Shown here piece after piece: positions 28,164 through 36,622 of a stretch of DNA of 64,000 nt. The DNA is from Bacteroidia bacterium (GTDB lineage Bacteria > Bacteroidota > Bacteroidia > Bacteroidales > VadinHA17), in the NCBI GenBank assembly GCA_026391215.1, contig JAPLDX010000055.1:478-64477 (forward strand). Reading direction: 5' to 3'. The notes under the pieces are model-generated. The model did no database searches, was not told where the DNA came from, and worked only from the letters and a program-made list of their open reading frames with translations. Positions within the stretch are counted from its first letter, which is position 1. Each line of letters begins with the position of its first letter. The position numbers and the translations under genes were made by a program.

Positions 28164-28609
28164 TATTCAGCTACAATCTCAAATTCCAGATCTACTTTAA
28201 CTTCCCTGTGCAGCTTGATCGTTGCCTTATATTTTCCGACCTCTTTGATCTGGTCTTCAGGCAATGAAATGCTTTTGCGATCGATTTCAAATCCTTTTTC
28301 CTTGAGAGCTTCTGCGATCTGTATGGTATTTACAGAACCAAAGATCTTGCCAGAAGTGCTTGTTTTAGCTCCAACAACTATTTTCAGGCCGGATATTTTT
28401 GTTGCCAGATCCTGTGCTTCAGCCTTGATCTTCTCTTCCTTATGGGCTCTCTGCTTCAAATTCTCAGCATGCATCTTTTTTGCAGAAGGTGTTGCTGCAA
28501 CTGCATAGCCTCTCGGTATAAGGTAATTTCTGCCATATCCTGACTTTACTTTTACCATATCGTCTTTCTGTCCGAGCTTATTGACATCCTGTAATAAAAT
28601 AATCTCCAT
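28163..28609 (-). CDS. rplI: 50S ribosomal protein L9
   Basis: MEIILLQDVNKLGQKDDMVKVKSGYGRNYLIPRGYA is a typical L9 N-terminus. Confidence 0.95.
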   Translation of the reverse strand: MEIILLQDVNKLGQKDDMVKVKSGYGRNYLIPRGYAVAATPSAKKMHAENLKQRAHKEEKIKAEAQDLATKISGLKIVVGAKTSTSGKIFGSVNTIQIAEALKEKGFEIDRKSISLPEDQIKEVGKYKATIKLHREVKVDLEFEIVAE

Positions 28610-28621
28610 AGTTTCTCCTCC

Positions 28622-28891
28622 TTATTTTAAAAGGTCAGTTACATAAGGAAGAAGGGCAATATGACGGGCTCTTTTAACAGCCTTGGCCACTTTCCTCTGA
28701 TATTTAAGTGACGTGCCTGTAATCCTGCGGGGTAGAATTTTTCCCTGGTCATTCAGGAATTTTTTAAGAAATTCAGGGTCTTTGTAATCAATATAACGGA
28801 TCCTGTTCTTCTTAAAACGGCAATACTTCTTTTTCTTGACTTCAACGGTAGGGGGAGTCAAATATCTGATTTCTGTTTCATTCTGTGCCAT
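28622..28891 (-). CDS. rpsR: 30S ribosomal protein S18
   Basis: 89 aa with [37 protein letters not shown]. Confidence 0.95.
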   Translation of the reverse strand: MAQNETEIRYLTPPTVEVKKKKYCRFKKNRIRYIDYKDPEFLKKFLNDQGKILPRRITGTSLKYQRKVAKAVKRARHIALLPYVTDLLK

Positions 28892-28894
28892 ATC

Positions 28895-29248
28895 TTATTC
28901 CTCCTTGCTTTTTTCTGATTCTTTTTGTTTTCTCTTCTTCTCTGCATATTCGACGGCAAATTTTTCCATCCTGAACGTCAGGAACCTTATTATCCGCTCG
29001 TCACGGCGATACTGGACCTCAAGTTTCTCTATAAGGGTACCAGGTCCTTTGAATTCAATCAGATAATAAAAGCCTGTCGACTTTTTCTGAATAGGATAGG
29101 CCAGTTTTTTCAGGCCCCAGTTCTCTTCATGAACGATCTCACCTTTTTGATCGGTGATAACCTTCTTGAATTTTTGTACCGCTTCCTTCATCTGGTTCTC
29201 AGATAAAACGGGAGTTGCAATGAAAACGGTTTCGTACTGATTCAACAT
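28895..29248 (-). CDS. rpsF: 30S ribosomal protein S6
   Basis: [13 protein letters not shown]... is a typical S6 start, followed by an acidic/basic C-terminal tail. The ORF-track start at 29296 is an over-extension. Confidence 0.93.
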   Translation of the reverse strand: MLNQYETVFIATPVLSENQMKEAVQKFKKVITDQKGEIVHEENWGLKKLAYPIQKKSTGFYYLIEFKGPGTLIEKLEVQYRRDERIIRFLTFRMEKFAVEYAEKKRKQKESEKSKEE

Positions 29249-29285
29249 AATAATAATTGTTAAAAGTTTTAATGATTTTGGCTCG

Positions 29286-29293
29286 CAAAAGTA
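29286..29293 (-). promoter_or_regulatory. -7 promoter box TACTTTTG for the rpsF operon
   Basis: Exact TAnnTTTG match on the minus strand, 38 nt upstream of the rpsF ATG. The context (gcaaaagta) is the same as the box at 10286. Confidence 0.5.
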
Positions 29294-29414
29294 CAACTAT
29301 TTTCGTTTAAACAAAAAAATATTGAACATAAATATACAATTTCTGCCTATCACAGGTTACCATGTTAAATATCCTTTAGTTTTCAACACTGTTTTCCCTC
29401 TCTGGCTTTTTGAC

Positions 29415-29422
29415 TATATTTG
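29415..29422 (+). promoter_or_regulatory. -7 promoter box TATATTTG for dnaX
   Basis: Exact TAnnTTTG match 37 nt upstream of the dnaX ATG. Confidence 0.5.
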
Positions 29423-29458
29423 TATTGCAAAAAACAGAAATCCCGGAGTCAGTAATCT

Positions 29459-31195
29459 ATGGAAAACTTCATTGTTTCAGCCCGGAAATACCGTCCTGCG
29501 ACATTCGATATGGTTGTCGGGCAGGATAGCATCACCAATACGCTGAAAAACGCAATAAAAAACAAACATCTTACTCAGGCTTATTTATTCTGTGGACCCA
29601 GAGGAGTAGGCAAGACTACCTGTGCAAGAATATTCGCCAAAACAATCAATTGCATCAATCTTAAGGAAGACGCGGAAGCATGTGATAAATGCGAATCATG
29701 TATGTCATTTAATACATTACGGTCCTTTAATATACATGAGCTGGATGCCGCGTCAAATAACAAGGTTGAAGATATCAGGAGCCTGAATGACCAGGTAAGG
29801 ATACCACCCCAGATAGGGAAATACAGCATATATATAATTGATGAGGTTCACATGCTCTCTTCTTCAGCGTTTAATGCATTTCTGAAAACCCTGGAAGAGC
29901 CTCCTTCACATGCGATCTTTATACTGGCGACAACTGAGAAGCACAAGATCATTCCCACTATTCTTTCACGCTGCCAGATATTCGATTTTAACAGGATCAG
30001 GATAGAAGATATTGTCACCAGGCTTCAGTTCGTTGCAAAAAATGAATCAGTTATTGCCGAGGAAGAAGCGCTTCATATAATTGCGCAGAAAGCCGACGGG
30101 GCATTGAGGGATGCGCTCTCAATTTTTGATCAGATTGTCAGCCTCTGTGGGAAGAAGATAGGCTATAAGGATGTCATTGATAATCTTAATGTACTCGACT
30201 ATGAGTATTACTTTAAAAGTGTGGAGGCAGCTCTTAAGGGAGATGTATCAGCGGTTTTGATGACATTCAATGAGATACTTGAAAATGGATTTGACGGCCA
30301 TAATTTTGTTGCAGGACTGAACAGTCACCTGCGTGACCTTCTCGTCAGCAAGGATGAGTCAACGATCCGCCTGCTTGAAGCAACTCCTGCGGTGAAACAA
30401 AGATACCTTGAGCAGGCTGGTAAATGCTCTGTTGATTTCCTGTACCGGGCACTTGAAACAGGAAGCTCATGCGATGTTTCATATAAAGGAAGCAAGAATC
30501 CACGACTTCATGTTGAGCTTTCCCTGATACGTCTGTGCAGGATTATTGAAGAATCTGGGGAAGCAACTGAAAAAAAAAAGCCTGAGGAAAAACAGCTGAG
30601 CGGACCGGCGCCTCTTCCATCAAAATCAGAAATAATACGGCAGGCAGAAGAGCAAGGCAAGAAATATTCCACCAGCAGGGATATATCTTCAGGCAAGCAT
30701 GTTCCAGTCATAGAAAAATCTTCCAGGACAGTTTCAATAAAAGAGGTAATCTCCGAAAAGGAGAAGCCTGAAAAAACTCCTGAAAAAGCAATCGGGAATC
30801 CTGACATTACATATTCCCGGGTCAAGAAAATGGAATTCTCAGGCAGTGCTTTCAACACGGTCTGGACTGAATTTGTTGATAGTCTGAAGGGGGAAGGTAC
30901 AAGGATTATGAGCATGTTCAAATCAATACAGCCTGAAGTGGAAGACGAACATACTATCAGGATTCATTTAAGCAATGCGGCTCAGAAGGACTTATTCGTC
31001 CAGAATTACAAGCCAAAGCTGATAGGATTCCTTGAAAATAAATTTGTGGTTTCAGAATTAGATATAGAGACATCTGTTGATCTTGCCGAGACAAACGAAT
31101 TGCTCTATACCGATGAACAGAAATATAATTACCTTCAGGCAAAATATCCTGTACTTAAAGACATTAAGAAAGCTTTTAACCTTGATATAAGTTAA
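29459..31195 (+). CDS. dnaX: DNA polymerase III subunit tau/gamma
   Basis: ARKYRPATF, Walker A GPRGVGKTT, Zn-module CDKCESC, DEVHMLS and TILSRCQ. Confidence 0.95.
   Translation: MENFIVSARKYRPATFDMVVGQDSITNTLKNAIKNKHLTQAYLFCGPRGVGKTTCARIFAKTINCINLKEDAEACDKCESCMSFNTLRSFNIHELDAASNNKVEDIRSLNDQVRIPPQIGKYSIYIIDEVHMLSSSAFNAFLKTLEEPPSHAIFILATTEKHKIIPTILSRCQIFDFNRIRIEDIVTRLQFVAKNESVIAEEEALHIIAQKADGALRDALSIFDQIVSLCGKKIGYKDVIDNLNVLDYEYYFKSVEAALKGDVSAVLMTFNEILENGFDGHNFVAGLNSHLRDLLVSKDESTIRLLEATPAVKQRYLEQAGKCSVDFLYRALETGSSCDVSYKGSKNPRLHVELSLIRLCRIIEESGEATEKKKPEEKQLSGPAPLPSKSEIIRQAEEQGKKYSTSRDISSGKHVPVIEKSSRTVSIKEVISEKEKPEKTPEKAIGNPDITYSRVKKMEFSGSAFNTVWTEFVDSLKGEGTRIMSMFKSIQPEVEDEHTIRIHLSNAAQKDLFVQNYKPKLIGFLENKFVVSELDIETSVDLAETNELLYTDEQKYNYLQAKYPVLKDIKKAFNLDIS
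30574..30585 (+). other. Putative -1 programmed frameshift / slippage site in dnaX (A-AAA-AAG followed by GCC TGA in the -1 frame)
   Basis: The zero-frame codons AAA AAG (30575-30580) sit in a run of 10 A (30570-30579). The -1 frame reads GCC then TGA (30583-30585). Confidence 0.5.
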
Positions 31196-33114
31196 TGGAT
31201 CATAACAACGACATATCCGGGCAGGACGATTATACAAAGTTTCTCTCAAGGGAAAAGTACTTTTCCGACCATATAGTCAACAATTCCAGGTCGATGATAA
31301 GTATCATAAACAGAGATTATGTTTATGAGAAAGTCAATGTGCCGTTTTGCAAGGCGCAAAAAGGCATGGAAGAATCCATTATTGGAAAATCGCTCGGAGA
31401 TATCTGGGGACAGGATACATTTCAGAACAGGATAAAACCCAATATTGACAAGTGTTTTGATGGCGCCACTGTAAGATATGAAGCTTCTTTTAATATACCT
31501 CAGGCAGGCAGAAGGTTTTTTGAGGTTGTTTTCCGTCCATTTCCTGTTGAGTCAGGAGAGATAACGCATCTTCTTGCAGAGACATTCGATATAACTGATC
31601 TTAAATTATCCGAAAAATTCGCCTCGGAGAAAGAAGAGGAATTCAGAAGGTTTGAAACGAACCTTCCGATTGGTTTCCTGAGATGTACACCTGATGGCAT
31701 GATGATGCATGCAAACAAGGCATTCCTGATTATTATGGATTGTGAAGATGAAAATTTAATTTATAGCACAAACCTGAGGAGTTATTACGCTGAAGAGGGT
31801 CTGCTGGATATGCATCTTGAACAGTTGATGGATCACAAGCCGAAATCATTTGGCAGAATTCCGCTTAAAACCTGTAAAGGCAATGAGATTGTGTGCAGGA
31901 TCAGTGCTTTTATGACTTTTGATGAATCACAAAATCCTTCATATATTGATTTTTCATTTGAAGATTCGTCTCGCGAACTAATGCTTGAAAACCGTTTGCT
32001 CCAGGCTCAGAAGCTTGAGACCATTGGAGCTCTTGCCGGTGGGATAGCCCATGATTTCAATAATATTCTTGCAACAATATCAGGTTATTCAGAGCTGCTT
32101 CAGAATGACCTTCCAAAATCTTCTGCATTTGCCGGGAATGTTGCAAAAATTCAGATTGCTGTTTCAAAAGCCCGGTCCCTGACTAACCAGATCCTTACAT
32201 TCAGCAGACAGGTGGAACAGGAAAAAGTGCTGGTCAATGTATATGAAGTCCTTAAGGAGACAATAGGCTTCGTGAGGTCTGCGGCACCATCCAATATCAG
32301 GATAAGGAGCACAATCCGGGTTAAGGATGCTCCTGTATTTGCTGATCCGACGCAACTGTTCAGGGTGTTCCTTAACCTTATGACTAATGCTCTGCAATCC
32401 ATGGAAGAGCTGGAAGGAACAATCTCGGTAACTCTTGCAACCGTAAAAGGGAAGAAGATTCAGAAAGAACTGAACAAGGATATAGTAGCAGACGAATTTG
32501 TGCTTGTCACAGTAAGGGATATGGGTAAAGGAATGGATCCCTCTCTGCTCAGAAGGATATTTGAACCTTTCTTTACAACCCGTGAAGTCGGGAAAGGCTC
32601 TGGACTCGGTTTGTCAGTTGTACATGGGATTGTCTCCGAAATGGGAGGGGAGATACTTGTATCAAGCAAGGTAAATGAAGGTTCTGTATTTTATATCTAT
32701 CTTCCTTTTTTCAGGGGATATGCACCACTTACTTTGATACCTGAGAAAAACAGAAAAATACTCTTTGTCACAGGAAACAAACACGAATCACGCATTCTGT
32801 CACTTGCGTTGGAAAGTGCCGGTTATGAGATGACCCTTTCATATGATCCAGGGCACCTGAACAAAATGATTTCGGATAAGAAAAACAGCCCTGACCTTAT
32901 TATTTACATGAGTGATGCTGAGCTGGTGAGAGCAGAAGATATCATCTGTATCTATACTGATCAGAAAATTAATACTCCATGTATCCTCATTTCTGATTCA
33001 AATCTGACTTCAGAGGAAGAAAAATTAGTAAATTCGGGGATTGTAAGCCAGCAACTTACCAAACCAGTTTCTCTCAGGGAAATAATTAGCGCAATTCAGG
33101 TGTCTATTAATTAA
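31195..33114 (+). CDS. Cytoplasmic PAS-domain sensor histidine kinase with C-terminal degenerate receiver-like domain
   Basis: H-box AGGIAHDFNNIL, N-box NLMTNALQSM, and G-boxes DMGKGMD and GSGLGLSVV. No TM segments. The start overlaps the dnaX stop (TAATG). Confidence 0.85.
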   Translation: MDHNNDISGQDDYTKFLSREKYFSDHIVNNSRSMISIINRDYVYEKVNVPFCKAQKGMEESIIGKSLGDIWGQDTFQNRIKPNIDKCFDGATVRYEASFNIPQAGRRFFEVVFRPFPVESGEITHLLAETFDITDLKLSEKFASEKEEEFRRFETNLPIGFLRCTPDGMMMHANKAFLIIMDCEDENLIYSTNLRSYYAEEGLLDMHLEQLMDHKPKSFGRIPLKTCKGNEIVCRISAFMTFDESQNPSYIDFSFEDSSRELMLENRLLQAQKLETIGALAGGIAHDFNNILATISGYSELLQNDLPKSSAFAGNVAKIQIAVSKARSLTNQILTFSRQVEQEKVLVNVYEVLKETIGFVRSAAPSNIRIRSTIRVKDAPVFADPTQLFRVFLNLMTNALQSMEELEGTISVTLATVKGKKIQKELNKDIVADEFVLVTVRDMGKGMDPSLLRRIFEPFFTTREVGKGSGLGLSVVHGIVSEMGGEILVSSKVNEGSVFYIYLPFFRGYAPLTLIPEKNRKILFVTGNKHESRILSLALESAGYEMTLSYDPGHLNKMISDKKNSPDLIIYMSDAELVRAEDIICIYTDQKINTPCILISDSNLTSEEEKLVNSGIVSQQLTKPVSLREIISAIQVSIN

Positions 33115-33139
33115 TAAATCAATAAATTCCATAGCCCTC

Positions 33140-33520
33140 ATGCCAGGTATAATGATTGTTGAAGATGATAATGACCTCAGAGAAATGCTGAAGGTTTCAC
33201 TGACAAGGAGAAGGTTTACAGTCCTTGAAGCTGAAAACGGAAAGGATGCCATAAATCATTTTAAGCCTGAAGTAACGGATCTTGTCATCACTGACCTGAT
33301 TATGCCTGAGGAAGACGGACTAAAAGTCATAATGAGACTGCATGAATTGAAGCCGTCTTTGAAAATTGTGGCAATATCAGGCGGAGGAAAAGCAGGACCG
33401 GCAAGCTATCTTAATCTGGCAAAGGCTCTAGGAGCTGATGTTGTCTATTCAAAGCCATTTTCTGTGAACGACCTGATAAAGAAAATTGAAGAATTACTCG
33501 AAATTGAACAAGGTGTGTAA
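33140..33520 (+). CDS. Stand-alone response regulator receiver (CheY-like)
   Basis: IMIVEDDNDLRE, DLVITDLIMPEEDG, AISGGG and KPFSVNDL. There is no output domain. Confidence 0.85.
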   Translation: MPGIMIVEDDNDLREMLKVSLTRRRFTVLEAENGKDAINHFKPEVTDLVITDLIMPEEDGLKVIMRLHELKPSLKIVAISGGGKAGPASYLNLAKALGADVVYSKPFSVNDLIKKIEELLEIEQGV

Positions 33521-33558
33521 TACAAATGTTATTCAATAAAATAATTAAAAATTACAAT

Positions 33559-34068
33559 ATGTTAAAAAAGAAGGTAGAAGATATCTGCAACAGGCAGGTT
33601 GAAAGAGAAGGATATTCCTCAAACCTTTATCTTGCAATGGCAGCATGGGCTGAAAATGAGGGTTTTAGCGGGGTAGCAGATTGGCTTTATGCCCAGGCAG
33701 AGGAGGAAAGGATCCATTTTCTTAAGTTTATAAGGTATATCAACGAAAGAGGAGGAAAGGTTTTAATACCTGCATTTAAGAAGCCGCCGGCAGAATTTAA
33801 AGGTGTCGGGGAAATGTTCAGAGAGGTGCTGAAACATGAAGAATTTATTACAGCCAGCATTAACGAGATAGTAGCTCTGACATTATCAGAAAAGGATTTT
33901 AACACTCATAATTTCCTGCTGTGGTTCGTAATGGAACAGGTTGAAGAAGAGAAAAATGCCAGAGCAATCCTTGACAAGCTCCGTCTGGTCGGCAAAAACA
34001 ATATGTACCAGTTCGATAGGGATATCATGTCATTAAGAATCCCATCTCAACCCCCTCCAGTAGCTTAA
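33559..34068 (+). CDS. ftnA: Ferritin
   Basis: VEREGYSSNLYLAMAAW and EEERIHFLKF ferroxidase-site style motifs. The start was trimmed to the ATG at 33559. Confidence 0.85.
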   Translation: MLKKKVEDICNRQVEREGYSSNLYLAMAAWAENEGFSGVADWLYAQAEEERIHFLKFIRYINERGGKVLIPAFKKPPAEFKGVGEMFREVLKHEEFITASINEIVALTLSEKDFNTHNFLLWFVMEQVEEEKNARAILDKLRLVGKNNMYQFDRDIMSLRIPSQPPPVA

Positions 34069-36521
34069 TGAAGAAATCTATCTTATTATCCATCCTGGTT
34101 TTTATAGTTTCAGCTCCTCAGATCAACTCCCAGAAGCTGATAAAAAATTCGATGGTTACAGGCATATGCTATGCCGGAAATAAGGTAAAGAAGATTTATA
34201 TACCACCGCCTGAGAAATTTCTGCAAAAGGGCGGCGTACTAAAAGAAAAAGCCACAGTTAAAGTTTACTATTCAGGAACTCCGGCAAATATTGTTACAGC
34301 AGTGGATTTTGCTGCAGCCGTTCTTGAAACGATCCTCCCTTCGGATGCATATATGACTGTAGCGGTTTCAACAGGAAGCCTCACTTCAGATGTACTGGCT
34401 AATTCAAGTACCAGCGGTCTGGCTGGAGGATGGGCAATTGATGCCCTTGATCCCAATGCTTTTTACCCTGTTGCCCTGGCTGAAAAGATTTATGGTGAGA
34501 GCCTTAATGACGATCTGTCGGGCGACATCGTTCTTACAATTAACACAGATGTGAACTGGTACACCGGTACTGATGGAAATACTCCGATATCTCAATACGA
34601 TCTTGTCACTGTAGTACTTCATGAGCTTCTACATGGACTGGGCTTGTTTGACTCAATGTCTGGAGATGCTTCGACAGGTTCCTGGGGCTTTTCAAACATC
34701 CCCGTCATTTACGATTCTTTCATTGAAAACCAGGCCGGGAACAAACTAATAGATACATTGATTTTTATAAATCCATCTGTCGAACTGAAAAATGAACTTA
34801 CTGGCGGGCATCTCTATTTGAACGGCCCGCTTCTGAAGGATTTAACCTCCGGACAGCGAGCCAGAATATATGCTCCTTCAACCTATGATCCAGGATCAAG
34901 CATTTCTCATCTTGATGAAGATACCACACCCGATTCAAGCGCACTGATGACTCCTTTTATTGACAAAGGGGAAGCAATTCATAATCCGGGGAAGCTGATA
35001 ATGTCAATACTGGGCGACCTGGGATGGGTCAACACACGTTTTATCCATGAAAAACCGGCAGACACCGAAGAGCACCTGTCCCAGATAGCAATTACCGCAG
35101 CCATTGTGTCAGATACCACATTTGAAAGAAACAAGGTAGGACTCGTCTGGTCATTCGACGGATTCAGTACGTATGATACTGTATATATGAGCTCTCCTCA
35201 GTTAAATGATACTTTCACGGTAACGATCCCCATACCTTACTTTGATGCCAATCTGGAATATTATATGTTTGTCAGAGATCATTTTTTACGTATATACAGA
35301 TCTCCTTCATATGTAGACGAATTCCGCTACAGTGTTCGTATTGGAATGGATACAGTGAAACCCGTAATGGTACATACTCCTGTTGAGTATTATTTCGAGA
35401 AAGTTGATACTATAACATTCGAAGCTCAGGTTGCGGATAATATAGGAATAGATACGGTTTATGCTGAATATTTAGTAAATGAAGGCGCATCAGGATATAT
35501 TGGTCTTAAGGCAGGAGATAACTATTCATATACTGCTTCACTGAAAGCAGGATCCCTTTCATTGCAGGGAGGAGATTCTATCCGTTACCGCATAATAGCC
35601 CGTGATAAAGCCTCTGTCCCGAATACGAAAACAGTACCTGAAAATGGTTACTTCACAATAAGAATTGAAGATATAAGCTCAGTTGTTTCAGGCTATTCAA
35701 CTGACTTCACTGATGCATCAGGAGATTTTTTCAATATCGGATTTGAAATCGTAAAGCCCAATAATTTCTTAAATTACGGATTGCACTCAGAACATCCCTA
35801 TGTGAGTCCGGAGACAAATGACGGGAAACTGAATTTCTCAGCGATGCTCAGGCATCCGGTAATATTTGATGCTAACGGCATGATCATAAGCTTCATGGAG
35901 CTTGTCCTTGTGGAACCGGGAGAAGACGGTTCGGTTTATGGCTCAGAGGATTTTTACGATTATGTTATTATAGAGGGATCCAAAAACTACGGGAAGACAT
36001 GGTTCCCGCTGACCGATGGATATGACTCCAGATATATTAAATCGTGGGAAACTGCATATAACAGCTCTATTACCGGAAATAACTCAACCTACGTGGGTAA
36101 AGAGTCAATGATGTTGAAGCACATCATATTTCCAAAGACTTCTTCCAGCATTTCAGGCGGAGACACAATGATGGTGAGATTCAGATTATTCTCAGATCCC
36201 TTTGCCAATGGATGGGGCTGGGCAATTGAGGATTTTCACATAGGTCCGCTTATTGACAGGATTGAAAAAACCAGTTATGAAACTGCTGTTGTCTATCCAA
36301 ATCCAGGTAAAGGACTGTTTAAGATTAAAGACCTGGAAATCTCCGGAAGACAGGTGAGATATGAAGTATACAGCTCAACAGGTGTCAGGATAAAGACAGA
36401 TATTACAAATGGCAGCGAAGAGCTGGCTATTGATATTTCCGGTCAGCCATCAGGATTGTACTTCATTGTCGTTCGTTCCGCGACAGGCAGCAAGATCCAT
36501 AAATATACCCTCATAAAATAA
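34068..36521 (+). CDS. Secreted zinc metalloprotease-like protein with T9SS C-terminal sorting domain
   Basis: Signal peptide. HELLHGLGLFD (HExxHxxGxxD) with a possible Met-turn, SALMTPF. C-terminal VVYPNPGKGLF...GLYFIVVRS...KYTLIK is typical of the T9SS type A sorting domain. The ATG overlaps the ferritin stop (TAATG). Confidence 0.75.
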   Translation: MKKSILLSILVFIVSAPQINSQKLIKNSMVTGICYAGNKVKKIYIPPPEKFLQKGGVLKEKATVKVYYSGTPANIVTAVDFAAAVLETILPSDAYMTVAVSTGSLTSDVLANSSTSGLAGGWAIDALDPNAFYPVALAEKIYGESLNDDLSGDIVLTINTDVNWYTGTDGNTPISQYDLVTVVLHELLHGLGLFDSMSGDASTGSWGFSNIPVIYDSFIENQAGNKLIDTLIFINPSVELKNELTGGHLYLNGPLLKDLTSGQRARIYAPSTYDPGSSISHLDEDTTPDSSALMTPFIDKGEAIHNPGKLIMSILGDLGWVNTRFIHEKPADTEEHLSQIAITAAIVSDTTFERNKVGLVWSFDGFSTYDTVYMSSPQLNDTFTVTIPIPYFDANLEYYMFVRDHFLRIYRSPSYVDEFRYSVRIGMDTVKPVMVHTPVEYYFEKVDTITFEAQVADNIGIDTVYAEYLVNEGASGYIGLKAGDNYSYTASLKAGSLSLQGGDSIRYRIIARDKASVPNTKTVPENGYFTIRIEDISSVVSGYSTDFTDASGDFFNIGFEIVKPNNFLNYGLHSEHPYVSPETNDGKLNFSAMLRHPVIFDANGMIISFMELVLVEPGEDGSVYGSEDFYDYVIIEGSKNYGKTWFPLTDGYDSRYIKSWETAYNSSITGNNSTYVGKESMMLKHIIFPKTSSSISGGDTMMVRFRLFSDPFANGWGWAIEDFHIGPLIDRIEKTSYETAVVYPNPGKGLFKIKDLEISGRQVRYEVYSSTGVRIKTDITNGSEELAIDISGQPSGLYFIVVRSATGSKIHKYTLIK

Positions 36522-36531
36522 ATAACCAGTT

Positions 36532-36563
36532 AAGAGACGTTGAATGCAACGTCTCTTCTGTTT
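36532..36563 (+). terminator. Intrinsic terminator after the T9SS protease gene
   Basis: 11-bp stem aagagacgttg/caacgtctctt with a 4-nt loop, followed by ctgttta. Confidence 0.6.
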
Positions 36564-36591
36564 ATGCCATTTCTATATCCGAAAAATAGAT

Positions 36592-36599
36592 TAATTTTG
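36592..36599 (+). promoter_or_regulatory. -7 promoter box TAATTTTG for secA
   Basis: Exact TAnnTTTG match 24 nt upstream of the secA ATG. Confidence 0.5.
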
Positions 36600-36622
36600 C
36601 ATTTTCTGTAAAAACTGTTAAA

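Noticed and set aside
28119-28508. 129-aa plus-strand ORF overlapping rplI
   Set aside because: It is antisense to ribosomal protein L9. Its Ser/Leu/Phe-rich shadow-frame composition is typical of a non-coding frame.
29294-29458. Looked for an SRP RNA (ffs) upstream of dnaX, as found in some bacteria
   Set aside because: The region is AT-rich with no GC-rich helix or conserved SRP domain IV-like sequence. It contains only the two divergent promoter boxes.
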